Positions 14,046-30,231 are shown, counted from the first letter of the stretch. The stretch: 64,000 nucleotides of DNA from Eledone cirrhosa (GCA_964016885.1 OZ024756.1:38998001-39062000); one strand, 5' to 3'. Program-made: numbers and translations. The notes: generated by a model not told the origin, from the sequence alone.

Positions 14046-14371
14046 AGAATATATATATATATATATATATACATATATACATATATATATATGTGTATAT
14101 GTGTATATGTGTGTGTGTCTGTCTGCAATGTTTCAGCTCTATTTGTACGGCAGAGATTTACAGTTGCCGTCCGAGTTTCTCTGAATGTGTGCAACTTATC
14201 TACAAATATTACGATGTGTTTGTGTATGTATTTTGTGTATGTGTATGTGTGTGTTGGGTGCGTGTGCATGTGTTCGTGTGTGTATTTGTCAGTGTGTTTG
14301 TGTGTGTATATCTGTCTGTGTTTCAGCAAGTGCCTAGCTCTAAGGCAGTAAGTGGGCAGTGAGAACGTATT

Positions 14372-14726
14372 TATGTGTGTGTGTTACTCTGTGTGCGTGT
14401 GCGTGACTCTGTGTGTGTGTGTGTGTGACTCTGTGTGTGTGTGTGTGTGTGTGACTCTGTGTGTGTGTGTGTGACTGTGTGTGTGACTCTGTGTGTGTGT
14501 GTGTGACTGTGTGTGTGACTCTGTGTGTGTGTGTGTGACTCTGTGTGTGTGTGTGTGACTGTGTGTGTGACTCTGTGTGTGTGTGTGTGACTGTGTGTGT
14601 GACTCTGTGTGTGTGTGTGTGACTGTGTGTTTGTGTGACTCTGTTGTGTGCGTGTGCGTGACTCTGTGTGTGTGTGTGCGTGTGTGTGTGTGTGTGACTC
14701 TGTGTGTGTGTGCGTGTGTGTGTGTG

Positions 14727-14765
<39 letters not shown>

Positions 14766-14940
14766 CTCTGTGTGCGTATGTCTGACTCTGTCTGTGTGTG
14801 TGTGTTACTCTGTATGTGTGTGTGTGTGTGTGTGACCCTGTGTGTGTGTGTGACCCTGTGTGTGTGTGTGAGTGTGTGTGTGTGTGTGACTCTGTGTGAC
14901 TCTGTGTGTGTGTGTGTGTGAGTTTGTGTGTGAGAGAGTG
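14372..14940. repeat. (GT)n satellite punctuated by GACTCT
   Basis: Direct reading. Confidence 0.9.
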
Positions 14941-15129
14941 CATATGTCTGTATATTTGTGTGTGTGTCTTTGTGCAAGTACCTGTCTATGAGGAAGGGGA
15001 CCGTTTCCATGTGTGAGGGTGTGTGTGTGTGACTGTAAGTGTGGGTGTGTAACAGTGACTGTGTGTGAGTGTGTGTTTGTATATTCCAACAGAATGTCTT
15101 ATTATCCACCAGTTCCTTAAGAAACTCAC

Positions 15130-15735
15130 CACCACCTGGAGCAGCAGCACCACTACCACCACCACCACTACCACCACCACCACCACTACCACCACCACCA
15201 CTACCACCACCACCACCACCACCACTACCACCACCACCACTACCACCACCACCACTATCATCATCATCTCCACCACCACCACCACCACCACCACCACCAC
15301 CACCACTACCACCACCACCACTACTACCACCACCACCACTACCACCACCACCACCACTACCACCACCACCACTACCACCACCACCACCACCACCACCACC
15401 ACCACTACCACCACTACCACCACCACCACCACCACCACTACCACCACCACCACTACCACCACCACCACCACCACCACCACCACTACCACCACCACCACCA
15501 CCACCACCACCACTACCACCACCACCACCACCACCACTACCACCACCACCACCACTACCACCACCACCACCACTACCACCACCACCACTACCACCACCAC
15601 CACTACCACCACCACCACCACCACTACCACCACCACCACCACTACCACCACCACCACCACTACCACCACCACCACCACCACCACCACCACCACCACCACC
15701 ACCACCACCACTACCACCACCACCACCACCACCAT
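15130..15735. repeat. (CCA)n/(CTA) trinucleotide tract of about 600 bp
   Basis: Direct reading. Confidence 0.95.
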
Positions 15736-16028
15736 AGACCTGCACCCCCCCCCTCACTGCACTAAGACTCCACCTACTTAACTATAAAATAAGATGAAAT
15801 ATTAAAAAAAACAAAACCTTCTCATCAATCGGTTGTTGTTGTTGTTGTTGTTGTTGCTGTTGTTGTTGTTGTTGTTGTTGTTCTTCTTCTTCTTCTTCTT
15901 CTTCTTCTTCTTCTTCTTCTTCTTCTTCTTCTCCGTCTTCTCATTTAACCTGGTTATTTAATAACACAAAGCACTGCACACACACACACACACATACACA
16001 CACACACAATCACACACACCCACACACA

Positions 16029-16081
<53 letters not shown>

Positions 16082-16560
16082 GTGTGTATATGCGTGCGTG
16101 TGAGTGTGCGTGAGTGTGCATATATATGTTTGCATATATATATATATATATATTTATATATGTATATACAGGTGTGTGTGTGTGTGCGTGCATGTGCGTA
16201 TATATGTTTGCATATATATATTTATGCATGTATATATAAGTGTGTGTATGTGTGTGCGCGTGCGTGCGTGCATGTGCGTATATATGTTTGCATATATATA
16301 TTTATGCATGTATATATAAGTGTGTGTATGTGTGTGTGTGCGTGCGTGCATGTGCGTATATATGTTTGCATATATATATTTATGCATGTATATATAAGTG
16401 TGTGTATGTGTGTGTGTGTGCGTGCGTGCGTGCATGTGCGTATATATGTTTGCATATATATATATATATGCTGAGGTTATATTTAATTTGTTGGGATTCA
16501 ACAAGCTTAAAGATTTTATAACTGATATAAAGCACTCAACAGATTAGTGGGGTAAATATT

Positions 16561-16620
<60 letters not shown>

Positions 16621-16669
16621 TGTGTGTGTGAATCCCGGGTTCAAATAACACCATATTACAATGACATTT

Positions 16670-16721
16670 GGCTTCCCTGATGATTTCTTTGGAATGAAAC
16701 AGTTCTCGTGCTGTGGAAGCC
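16670..16721 (+). ncRNA. Type I hammerhead motif, probably inactive copy
   Basis: GGCTTCC-CTGATGA-tTTCtttgGAAt-GAA-ACAG ttctcgtg CTGT-G-GAAGCC. The cleavage triplet is GUG here and GUA in the sister copy at 54087. Confidence 0.5.
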
Positions 16722-16969
16722 ATTTCTATATTAAAATTGATACTCACACACACACACATAATAAGTTGACAGGACTAGCATGGGTTTCACTGCTAATACC
16801 GGTTGCATCTCATATATATATATATATATATATTGTTATACTTTGGGAGGGTCATGTTGCCAATAAGAAAAACACGCACCAGTTGCTCTCACTTCAATTT
16901 ATTATAAATTAAATTTATAAATTTCCGGTTGGTTGGTTGGTTCCACAACCAGACGATTGTTCATATATT

Positions 16970-17012
16970 GTCAAAGTTCTTTCGTCACACATTCTGTGAC
17001 CTCTTCAGTGAC
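16970..17012 (-). ncRNA. Minimal type I hammerhead motif (copy of 7276-7318)
   Basis: Reverse complement of the 7276-7318 motif, inside the same dispersed element. Confidence 0.7.
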
Positions 17013-17307
17013 TGGGGATTCTTTTCTTTGTTTTTGTGCCTCTCCTTTGTTCTGTCCTACGCCATCTTGTTTTTGTGTGTGTTGTCAACACACACAAAAA
17101 CAAGATGTGAGGAAAACCACAGACCTTCCATCTCAACTCTACTTTTGAAAACCAGAAGAACTGCGAAACCGGTAAAGGAACCAAATAAATATATATATTT
17201 TTAAAAGAATAAAACTCCAGTTGCATTTTCGATTTCATCTTTTTTTCTTTATACTTTCACTCGTGTAGGACACCTCGGTTATTTTTCATTTTGTAAAAAG
17301 ACCTCAA

Positions 17308-17361
<54 letters not shown>

Positions 17362-17702
17362 ATAATAATAAATTTGAAGACTAAAATCCAAAGAGGGCTC
17401 GATAAGGAAAAATATATATGAATATATAAGAACCGTAGAGCAAATATTTTAATAAATAAATAAATATATATATATATATATATATTTAATAATAATAGAA
17501 AAGGCTTCTACAGGACTAGAACAGTTTCATTCGGGAGATGTGTGTGTGTCTGTGTGTGTGTGTGTTTGTATGTATATATGCAATCAAGCAGGTAAACGCA
17601 CAGACAACCATACAACACACACACACACACACGGAGGCTGCCAAACACAGATCCACATTCATCACAACTACAATAAATCTATGTAAATTTTATATTTTGG
17701 TA

Positions 17703-17779
<77 letters not shown>

Positions 17780-17931
17780 TCTCTGTCTGACTCTGTTTAT
17801 CTTTATCTGTCTGACACACACACACACCTTTTCCCCCTCTCTCTCTCTCTCTATCTCTTTCTCTCTTTACTTCACCTATCTGTTTCTCTACAGTTATATT
17901 GCATCATACAACAACGATTGTTTGCCCCCCC

Positions 17932-17963
<32 letters not shown>

Positions 17964-18111
17964 CATATATATGTATATGTATATATAAACATATATATAT
18001 AAATATATATGTATATATATATATAAATATCTATACATATATATATATATATATAAATATATAATATATATTGTTGAGAAAGGTAACCATATAACACACA
18101 CACACACACAC

Positions 18112-18145
<34 letters not shown>

Positions 18146-19633
18146 TTGTGTGTGTGTATGTCTGTGTGAGAGTGTGTGTGTATGTGCGTGTATATGTGTG
18201 TGTGTGTATGTGTGTGTATGTCTGTGAGTCTGTGTGTAAGTGCGTATATATGTGTGTGTATGTCTGTGAGTCTGTGTGTAAGTGCGGGTGTATGTGTATG
18301 TATGTCTGTGTGAGTCTGTGTGTACACACATATATGTGTGTGTATACCTCTCTCTCTCTCTCCTCTCTCCTCTTCTCTTTCTCTTTCTCTTCTGCTGAGA
18401 TTTCTTTCTTCTTTCTCCATTTTTTTCTTTCACCTACTCTCTCCCCCTCCTCTCACCTCTCCCCCTCCCCCCTCCGTACATATCTGTTACCCCCTCTCTC
18501 TCCCCCTCTTCCTCCTCTTACCCCTCTCTCTCTCATAAACCTAATTCTTCACTCTCACACCTTCCCTCTTCGCAATTCTTACGTATAAGTACACAACCGT
18601 AACTACTCACAGGTACACATCAGCACACATACACTTACACACACACTCACACAGACATACATACACACACACAGACACACACGCACTTACACACACACTC
18701 TCTCTCTCTCTTTCATACACACACACACGCACTTACACACACTCACATACATACATATAGACAGATATATACATACACGTACATACACGTACATACACGT
18801 ACATACACATACATACACACATACCTGCAAACGTATATGCGCACACATACACACATAGATTCACATACATGCACATACATAAGTACACACACACACATAC
18901 GTAATATGCACACGTAATTCATACATACGTACGTACAAAGATACATACATACGTACATACATACACACGTACATACATACACCGTATATACAAACACACG
19001 TATATATACATACACACGTACATACATACACACGTATATACACACAGACGTATATACATACACACGCATACATACATGAATATACGTTCATACATTCAGA
19101 CATACATACAGACACATACTTACATACATGCACACATACATATATACATAGACAGACACATACACATATACACATACACACATACATGAAACCATTAAAC
19201 CACACACACTGCTCTACAGAATCATCCTGCTAGTATTTACACGCATACACACATACCTCACATACACACATGCATACACACATGCACACATACATACACA
19301 CATACACAATACATACACACATACACACATACATACACACATACACGCATACATACATATATATATATATATACTTACATACATGGAACCATTACACACA
19401 CACACTGCTCTACAGAATCATCCTGCTAGTATTTACATGCATACACACATACACACATACATACATACATACATGAAACTATTATACCACACATACACAC
19501 ATACATGATATTATTATACCACACATACACACATACATGAAACCATTACATATACACACGGCTCTACAGAATCATCCTGTTAGTGGGAGTGGCTAAGCTA
19601 AGGTCGGTGATATTCCCTCTGTGAGTAATCAAA

Positions 19634-19705
19634 TCATGTGACTTGCTTGTTATATCGACCAACACCTATATAAAGGAAGCAGTCGCATTAGACAACCATT
19701 ATTTC
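19634..19705 (+). promoter_or_regulatory. Candidate core promoter of the RGK gene (E-box, TATA, Inr-like)
   Basis: TCATGTGAC at 19634-19642, TATATAAAG at 19667-19675 and Inr-like TTATTTC about 30 nt downstream, in unique sequence about 280 bp upstream of the ATG. Confidence 0.45.
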
Positions 19706-19952
19706 TAGTGACTGCAATACACAGCAGTACTCAAACCTTACAGTGATTGTTTAACTGCAGCCACACGCTTACTCGTGGTTCTTTGCAAAGCTGTTCATTC
19801 AATTGACTTTATCAACAGTTTGATTTATTACTAACATCTCTTCATCTACATTTGTGTTCTGATTGAGATCGAAAGGAATTTACTGAGGTGATACATTTTA
19901 CAGTATCATTTACCTTTTAGTTTGCAATTAAATAATATTTGCAAATATAATT

Positions 19953-20580
19953 ATGACTCAAGATAAGCAAGAAGACCAACATCGGTGTGACAGAAGAATT
20001 AGTATCTGTTCCAGCTCCAGCAGTAACAATAGCAACAACAGTTTGTGCAAGGAGTACCTGTTGTCTGCAAGAATGTCTCCAAGCCGTGAAGCAGTGTCCG
20101 CACCTCATTCGAGGTCTTGCTCGTTTAGAAATAAACCTCGTAGCAGAGATGTGGAAATGTTAGGTGCCAGACCACGTACTAACAGCATGCCAAACCCTGA
20201 CCCGATCTATCTGTCTGTTTCCTGCGAAAACATCGGTGAACGACCAACAGGTGGACTTTATAGAGTTCGCTCTTTTACAAAAACACCCAAGGGCCTCGTG
20301 AACCGTGGAGATTCCTTCAAGAAACGAAGCAATAACAGTGTTATGTCAAGTGGAAGTACAATTACTGACCACAATGAACAATGTGGAGTTGCTTCGGAGC
20401 GAGGGACTCGTTCCCGCACTTTGAGTGTAGCTTCTTCCCAAGGCAGTAATAGTTGTAGCGGGTCTAGTACTGCGCCAACTTATTTCAGACAAGTTATCCT
20501 TGGAGCCAGTGGTGTTGGTAAAACATCCATCTTACGACAGTTTATGACTTCTGAATATATGGGAGTTGTAGAACATACAG
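19953..20580 (+). CDS. RGK-family (Rad/Gem/Rem-like) small GTPase, coding exon 1
   Basis: ATG at 19953. Ser-rich N-terminal extension with RPRTNSMP and YRVRSFTKTPKGLVNRGDSFKKRS, then P-loop VILGASGVGKTSILRQF. Donor CAG|GTAAGA at 20581, phase 1. Confidence 0.92.
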
Positions 20581-20808
20581 GTAAGATAAAATTCATATTT
20601 CTTTCCTTTTCTTTAATTTTATCTTAATTTTCTTCCCCGTTAAAAAATGCAATCAAGATCTTTTATTCTATCTCTTCCCCCTTCTCTCTCTTTATATATA
20701 TATATATATTTATATATATGCAACACGCATTTACATACATACATATACGCACGAGCATGCATATATATATATGTGATATATACGTGCAAATATATATATG
20801 TGATTATA

Positions 20809-20855
<47 letters not shown>

Positions 20856-22945
20856 GCCTTTAAACACGTGCAATTATGTGTATATGCATATATGTTTATA
20901 CACCATAACATACGTACACACCCACATATCAATTCTGAAATCTTTTTCCTTGGAATGCATTGACTACACACACACACACACACACACACAGACACTCATG
21001 CACACATATATATACACACACAGACACTCATACACACCCACATAGTATTTCATTGGTGATTGTTACCGTGTAACAAGAGAACTGCTGACTATCGTTCAGT
21101 ATTGATTATCCCTGCTAATATAGTTTACTATCTCAACATGGCATTTAAGAAATCCCCTCACTGAGTGTGTGACGTCAGAGCTACCTTAATGTTTTCCTTA
21201 CCTCCACCTTCACCTCCCCTTATAAATGATACTTCCCCTTTATTTTTTTCTATATATTTTCTTCGTCATATTTTATAGCGATGTTTTTTAGTAACAAACA
21301 TTGAAGCTCCATTACTACACACGAACACACATACACTGTCACACATACACAGACACCTTTACACATATAGACACTGTTATACATACACACACCTTCACAT
21401 ATACACACACCTTTACATATACACACACAGTTACACATACATATAACGTTACACACGTACATACATACACACACTAGCTCCAAACTATAAAATATTCCTG
21501 CCTACTTAAAGGGATAGAGAAGAGAGAGAGAAAGAGAGGGGGGGGGTTAGATACGCACGAGAGGTATCCCCTTATCTTACTCCTCAACACATGTACGTGT
21601 ATATGTTGATTAAAGAATGCCACACATACATGCATAGACGTACACACATATACACAGATACACAAACACACAAACACACAAACACATATATATACACATA
21701 TATACATTTACAAACACACAGACATATATAGAGAGAGAGGGAAGCCCCCCCCCCACCCAAGGGGGTTTGTTGCTGGAATGCTGGCTGCTATATTTAGTAT
21801 GAATGATGAAATAATGAACGTGTCTTCCCTCAAAGCGAGTATTCTCAGCACAGAGCAGTATCTGGCAAACACGTCATCAATGTCGCCGCGTATATTACGT
21901 CACAAAAGCGTTCACCCTTCACGCTGCACCCTTATGCATCAGTTTGGCAGCCTCCATAGTCACCATCACCATCACCACCATCACCACCACCACCAACACC
22001 AACGCCACCAAGAATAACAACAGCAACACCACCACCACCACCACTACCACCACCACCACCACCACCAACACCACCAAGAATAACAACAGCAACACACCAC
22101 CAACATCAACACCAACATCAACACCAACACCACCACCACCACCATATACACACACAGACACACACACATAGACACACATACACACATGCAATTAAATATA
22201 TAAGCTAGGATTCTGAATCCAAAGAAACTTGCCGCCTCTTCAAAATTCAATCCGTGAATGCCACGAAGAAAAAGTGTGTGAGTTTGCATGCCTGCGCGTG
22301 TGTGTGTGTGTGTGGTTGTGTGGATGTGTGTTTGTATAAAGTTTACAACACCTGATTACATAAGATGGAGTTTATATGATAAGGTCACCAAATCGACACC
22401 AATGAAGGCATCTGCTGCAATGGGTGTAGGATCTGCCAAAAAGACATATTGGAACGAGGCCAACTTATAGAACCACTGACGGAAAGACGATTCCTTTCAG
22501 CAGACTCGACTGAACTGTCATTCACACCCACTTCCTCTCACATACTCGCACATACACGTATATATAATATATATATATTATATCATATTATATAATGTAA
22601 TATTATACGATATATTATATAATATAGACACATTATACTATAATTGCTTCTGATTTAGGCACAAGGTCAATAATTTTTAGGGGAGGGGAAAGTCGATTAA
22701 TTCGACCTCAGTACATTACTGATACTTTATTTTATCGCCATATAACAATAAGTCTTTGTTGACATTGTTTGTCATGAAACTTTAAAGCAACTAACAGACG
22801 CAATATATAAGCACCGCCTTCATATATACACACATTAAATAATAAATACCTTGTTCAAATATATATACTTGCTACTTGTTACTGTTATTTTTTAATGGAG
22901 TTTTATTCTTATAATTCTGAGTGTTTTTTTATTTGTTTGTTGCAG

Positions 22946-23209
22946 AAACTGAATGGGAAAACACGGTATCTGTGTTGTTAGACGGAGAAGAATCAACAAT
23001 GGAATTCACTGATAGTTTTGATGAGAATTACTTGGAGAACATGAATTTCGATGGTTATTTGGTTGTATTTTCCATAACTGATCGTTCATCGTACAAAGCC
23101 GCCATTGATACTCTTCATACACTCAGACAAGACATGGGTACAGACCGGGCAGTTATACTAATTGCTAATAAAATTGACCTGGTGAGGAAACGTGAAGTTA
23201 CAAGTGATG
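22946..23209 (+). CDS. RGK-family small GTPase, coding exon 2
   Basis: Acceptor ttgtttgttgcag| at 22945, phase compatible (G+AA=Glu). Encodes VLLDGEESTMEFTD, GYLVVFSITDRSSY and G4 motif ILIANKIDLVRKREV. Donor G|GTAAGT at 23210, phase 1. Confidence 0.93.
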
Positions 23210-24209
23210 GTAAGTCATATTATCTTCTGATTCACAGCCATTAAATTTACATTCAAGATTTAGTTGATATAGACCAGGGCCTTTGAAAGGGGGGAGGGTC
23301 CAGTCAGTACTTTGGGTACGTTTTTCAGGGGACCAGGAGCTAAGAAGGCCTCACAGCAACCATACAACATCCATTTTGAGAAAAAACTTTTGCTTGCTTC
23401 GAGCTCTAAAGAGGTCTTGTATCGCCTTGCAAAATTTCCCATGGAGGCCTTTATAATGACACACTATAATAACCAAGTCTCTGATAATAATCACTATTCA
23501 AATATTCAGATTGATTTCAATAATTTCGAATTCGTCCTTAAAACGTCATTGCTCCCTAATGTCAATTATAGAACATCATCACCGCCATCTTTCTTTTTTC
23601 TGATAGTTTATTTTTTAAATGTGGAACTCATCGGATGTATTTCCTGAAGGTTTTTACAAATTTAGATCTGCTTCTCTGATAACTATATCATGAGAAAACA
23701 GGAAGCGTTTCTCTAGAGAAATATTTGGTGTTACGTTTCCTCTCTCAAGATCAAATTTATCGACCCAACCTGTCTGTTGTTGCACCAATCTAGTATCCCC
23801 TTACCTTCTCTAATTATATTTTTTATCCTCAAAGGGATAGAAATAAACATTTTTTCAAGCAACTACAAAAATACTTCCCCCCAAAACAACAAATATAAAA
23901 TATTTAACCAGATAATTATAAAAAAAACATATAATTTAATTGTACAATATTTTATACACACCAGAGAAGTGTAATCTTTTGAGATTAATAATTGTTTCTG
24001 AATTAGACACTAGGCCAGCAATTTTGGGGGAGGGGAAAGTCGATTAAATTGACCCCAGTGCGTGACCGGTACTTTATTTTATCTACCCCTTAAAGATGAA
24101 AGGCAAATCTACTCATACAACCAAAATACTTGTAGTGCATTAGCATTGATACGCTTCTACATATTTTATTGTACCAGTCAACACTAACTTCCCACAGGCA
24201 CAGACACAC

Positions 24210-24331
<122 letters not shown>

Positions 24332-24746
24332 TACAATCTTACTATATGTAAGAACCTCTTCGCAGGTGGTGTTGATTGTCTGGGCAATGTAAGGTAATTC
24401 TATGATTCATAGTTGTATATTGAAGAGAAGAAAAGTCAGAAGACCTAACAGCCTGCTAGAGATATTATAAATAGATTTATGAAGAGAAAGAAACTGTGCA
24501 GTAAAAAAAGTTACAAGTGAACAGCTCTGGCAATAGAGAACCTAATGAGAGGAAGATGGGAGGTAATAACGTAACAGTGAAGTTAGTTGAAGAGTTACAA
24601 TCGAGCGACTACTCACAGTGATGTACTGTTGAGCCTGCCACTGTTGAAGTGATATCTAAAGATAGACTCATGTACTGTTGTTATTCTTTATGTTCTATAT
24701 CCATCTTATTTTCTTATTTATTATTACTCTCTCCTTGAGCTTACTG

Positions 24747-24787
<41 letters not shown>

Positions 24788-24820
24788 TAAAACCTCTAGA
24801 AATAAATGTATAATATATAT

Positions 24821-24904
<84 letters not shown>

Positions 24905-24979
24905 GTAGAATGCTATCCATGTCATCAGTTCACATATTTCTAGCCTGAAGTGAATATATAAATAGAAATACGAGCTTAG

Positions 24980-25179
24980 NNNNNNNNNNNNNNNNNNNNN
25001 NNNNNNNNNNNNNNNNNNNNNNNNNNNNNNNNNNNNNNNNNNNNNNNNNNNNNNNNNNNNNNNNNNNNNNNNNNNNNNNNNNNNNNNNNNNNNNNNNNNN
25101 NNNNNNNNNNNNNNNNNNNNNNNNNNNNNNNNNNNNNNNNNNNNNNNNNNNNNNNNNNNNNNNNNNNNNNNNNNNNNNN
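24980..25179. other. Assembly gap (200 N) inside RGK intron 2
   Basis: Run of N. Confidence 0.99.
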
Positions 25180-25348
25180 CATTAGCAAATGTTTCCTTAT
25201 CATATTCTAGAGTCTAGAGTAGGACATTTGTTGTCAATCTCTGAAAGATAATTCATCATCGCTGTCATCATCATCATCATCATCGTCATCGTCGTAATCA
25301 TCATCATTGTCATCATCATCTTCGTCTTCATTACGAGCAGTTTATTTA

Positions 25349-25396
<48 letters not shown>

Positions 25397-25790
25397 GTGG
25401 CAGAATCGGTAGAGCGTCAGACAACATGCTTTGCTTAATGGCGGCATGTAGTTAAGGTTTTTTGCGTTCTAAGTTCAAATCTCGTCACGGTCACCTTTAT
25501 CTGTCATCCTTCCGGGGTTGATAAAATAAAGTACCAGTCATATACTGAGGATCGATCTAATCAACTTTCCCCCTTCCCTTCAAATTTCTATCCTTGTACC
25601 GAAAGTAGAAGCCCTTGTTATTAATAGATTAATAGAATGCCTTGTTGGATCTTTATGGTTTGCTTTCAAATCCTGCCAAGATCCCTATTGCCTTTCATCC
25701 TTCTGTGGTCGATAAAATAAAGTATCAGTCATATAGTAAAGTTGATAGTGTCCACTATTCACATACCCTTAAATTTATGGCCCTGTATAG
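25397..25790 (+). mobile_element. Two diverged SINE copies in RGK intron 2
   Basis: tggcagaatcggtagagcgtcagac..gttcaaatc..catccttccggggttgataaaataaagtaccag, then a second partial copy. Confidence 0.75.
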
Positions 25791-25918
25791 GGAGTAATTA
25801 TTTATTTAGTTTGTTATTATGTTGTTTATAATTTTAAAATCATATTCATTGTATTCTTTTCAATCATTACAGTAATTATAATATATTTAATTTTCTCTCT
25901 TTCTCTTGGTTTTTTCAG

Positions 25919-26181
25919 AAGCCCGATGCATGGCTGTGAACTATGACTGCAAATATATTGAAACATCTGCTGCATTGAACCATCAAATTGATGACCTTCT
26001 TGTCGGCAGCTTAAGCCAAATACGTCTGAAACTAAGCATTCATGTCCAGGAGAACAACCAAACACTCACCAACAAAAAGAACAAAAACAGACGGACGAAG
26101 ACCAGGCGTTCTCTTATAAGCAAGATTTTCAAAAAGAATTCCAGGAAGGTCAAGTCATGTGATAATCTCTTTGACCTATGA
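25919..26181 (+). CDS. RGK-family small GTPase, final coding exon
   Basis: Polypyrimidine acceptor ttttttcag| at 25918. G5 motif CKYIETSA, basic C-tail and RGK-type terminus KVKSCDNLFDL*. Total spliced CDS 628+264+263=1155 nt, 384 aa, no internal stop. Confidence 0.93.
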
Positions 26182-27184
26182 ACACTTCCAGTTTCTTTGT
26201 CCTTTTTTTCTTTCTTCAGTTTCTTAGTTGAAGAAACCTCAATGCAAATGACATGACATACATCAATTTCATAAACATTATATATATAAACAATGTCACG
26301 TGATTACACGACCCATTGTAACTCATTATCGCAAAATGTCAAAATGGCCTCCAGTTTTGTTTTGTTTTGTTTGGTTTTGTTTCAACTTTAATCATCATTA
26401 CAGCTGCTTCTTCGCTTAGAAGAAGAATCCAAATTAAAACATTTATTACGTTATAAATGATATTTGTCAATCTTGGTGTCAAAACACGTGAAAAGTAAAA
26501 CTACCCAACAGCATAAAAGCTGTATTACAAACAAACAAAAATTCCTTTCACACAGACACACACTCAAACACACACGAACACACGTACATGTTTACTAAGT
26601 TCTAATTCATTTTAAAGATGAGACTGTATATATAATAATTGAGAATTTTCCAATAAGAAACAAGAGTTAAATTCGATATACACATATATATTTATGCAAG
26701 ATAACTCTTATCATTAATATTTATTTTGAAACACATTCATGTTAAACTAAATTTACTTTTAAACCATAAAAGACACCAAGATTGTATTTCCATTTTTACA
26801 GCCAAAGCTAAGGCATCTGTGCGAATGCATTTAAACATAATCTTGCCCTAAATTTTATGTATGAACTTTTCTTTTAAGTTAAATACACTCACATTTCATT
26901 AGCAAGACAATCAGGCATCTTTTCATCCAATCAAACCATCAAAATAATATACTTTTCCTTTTTATATATTGAATATCATAAAAATAACCGAAATTATGAG
27001 AAAATCAAGGCTTTTAAATTTCATATTTCAAATTTAAATATTTCCATATTTGGGAAACCCCAGGTTGGACAAATAGCAAAAATATATGACCATGCGTAAA
27101 AACCTATATATATATATATATATATATATATGAATAAATATATATATATGCATATATATGTATTTATATGTATATATATATGTT

Positions 27185-27246
<62 letters not shown>

Positions 27247-28517
27247 TATACAAACGTATATATATAGATATAGTCGTACATTTATGTTGATATATGTAAA
27301 TATATACAAATTTGATAAAATGTATATATTTACATATAAATTATAAACATAAAATATATATACTCACATACATATGTAGCATATGTATAAATATATAACT
27401 ATGCGTACATATGCATACATAATGTTATATACATACACACACGCATACACACACATATATACTATGTATGTGTGTATGCCTGTATGAATGTATGCATGAA
27501 TTATTTAAAAGATATTAAAATTAAATTGGTAAAAAACCTATATTTGCCTTAAGATGGCGAAATGAGATTGGTGATTGATGTAAATGGTTCATTTGTTTTG
27601 CTATGTTTTTCCAATTTGTTTTTTAAACCAATTCATCTTATTTTAACTGAAGCATACCTCTCCGTGCCTCAAGTTCAGATCTACTGCATATTATTGCTAA
27701 GTTGTTAATTATATACAACAATGTGAATTAAAATAAAATGCAGTATAATTCCCGTAAGCCGGACCTGTAGAATAAGTTTAATAAGAAATTTAGCTGATTT
27801 CACCCTCAGTTAAGATGGGAGAATAAAAGAAATTGCTTCCATATACAGATTATTTCTCTAAACTATAAGCCAACCCGATGATCTTTCGCTACCATTGAAA
27901 ACCTTTCATTTCACTTATAATAAAACAACTTTATTCAACTACTCACATCATAATTATCATTTTAAGAATCATCATTAATATCATTATCCATATTTTCATA
28001 ATTATAATTATTATGATAATTCTATAAAATTTCCCATTTCCATTTTCTCTTACAACCGAAAACAATATCAGGTTTTATGATTTAGCATTCGTCTTTGTTG
28101 TGACTTATGAAAGATAATATTGCTATGAAATCTAGATAATAAGTGATCCTTATTAATCCTCACTTCCTTTACAAAGTTTGCCTTATGCCCAAGAAAAAAG
28201 TCATTGATATAAACACTAACATCTTATCAAACCTCATTTATCATCACACATTTATTGATAATAATAATAATAATAATAATAATATTAATAATATTAATAA
28301 TACAACACCATCAACAATGGAGATACTCTCTCATGTAAATGTAACGCAGCATTCAAATATGCTTGCATTGTAGATTCAGAGTTCAAGATATTCTAATGAG
28401 TATTACACGTAAAATTAAATTAAAAATTAATTAATTCATCGAAATCTAGTCTCCTTTCTTACACATCTTCTCCAAACAAACACATTAGTGAGAATATAGG
28501 GAATAACATAACACTTG

Positions 28518-28548
<31 letters not shown>

Positions 28549-29880
28549 CATATATATCATATATATCATATATATCATATATATCATATATATCATATAT
28601 ATATATATTTGAAAGATTTTGTCTTAGTATAAATGTATAAAGACGCAAATTTCCGGAAACTGGTTTGTGTTTCATTTCCGGTTGTATCAATTTCGCTTTA
28701 CATTCATCAATTATTCCATCAGTTAAATACATAAAATTCGTATCATCTCAATATCCAAACCCATTGTGATTTTTGTGCCCAGTCAACAAAATAAAAGTCT
28801 GCATTGATTATTATTTTTAAACATATATTGAAACACATATTGGAATATATATATACACATATATGTATATATACATATATCAACTTTAATTTAGAAATGG
28901 CTTCTACAGGACTAAAACTGTTTGATTCGAACTAAATCATCATTTCTTTCGTATGAAACGGTTCTACTCCTTTAGAAACTAGTTCTATATTTAATTTGGT
29001 GTTTACACTCTGTTAATGTATTGAGTACCTTACTACTTACTGTGGTTACACCCGATTGAACCCGGGACTCACACATATATATATATATATATCTATATAT
29101 ATATCTCTATATATATATAATACATTTCAAGAGAAGAAATTCTATAGTATGAAAATTAAAAAGAAAAAAAAAAGAAGAAATTAAGCTTCCATTTTATTTA
29201 AAGAAGCTCAACGTTGTGAAGGGCTATCACACTTGAATCATATTGGTTATCATTTCCACATGATTTATTTCTTGTTGTAACACGAAAGCTGAAGTAAATA
29301 TATGACAATATATAATAAATGATTTTAGACTTGGAAAAAATTTTACTGAAATATTTACAATATACACACATATATATATTTGTGGCCATATTTTCTATAT
29401 ACAAGTAACTTGTTTATAAGCATAAATCTACACACATATATACACTCACATACACACACACGCACGCATTCACACCCTCATATATATATATATATGTTTG
29501 TTTTGCAAGGTTTTTGATATGAAATCGTGTGTCGAAACAAATATTGTTATACTTGGGGAGGGTCATATTGTTGTAATAATATTGCCAGAAATAATAACAG
29601 AACACACTCACTGAGTGTGTTCTGTTATTGTTTCTGGCAATATTATTACAAGTATAACAATATATATATAGAGAGAGATATATATATAAAATATATAATA
29701 TAATATAATATTAAGATTATGTGTAATCCTTGGTGAATTTTTTTTTACTTTAAGCATCTATCTATTATGAAACATCTTGCCGTGATTTCACTATTGATAT
29801 GATTTGTAAATTGTCCAAATAAGTATATATGCTATGATCTTAGGCAACATATAAGCCTACAGTAATTACAAACACACACA

Positions 29881-29932
<52 letters not shown>

Positions 29933-30197
29933 TGTGTGTGTTTATGTGTGTACGTATGTGTACGTATATTTATACATTCGGGGAACCGTTTTTTTTTCGT
30001 TTTTTTTTTTGTTGTTGACATTTTGTAGTAAAAGTACGACTGTGTTTCTGTTTTACCTTTTTTTTTTTTTTCCGTTCACAAATTAATGAAAATTAATTTG
30101 GACGACCATAATAAAAAATATAACTACAACACAGTCGTGCTTTTACTACATGTAAACATACCCCTATATATGTATATAATATACATACACACATACT

Positions 30198-30231
<34 letters not shown>

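Noticed and set aside
14384-15781. Poly-Gly/Pro/Thr/Val ORFs
   Set aside because: Translations of a (CCA)n tract that is open in most frames.
20581-20627. ORF extension past RGK exon 1
   Set aside because: Intron read-through beyond a canonical donor. The GTPase domain continues in exon 2.
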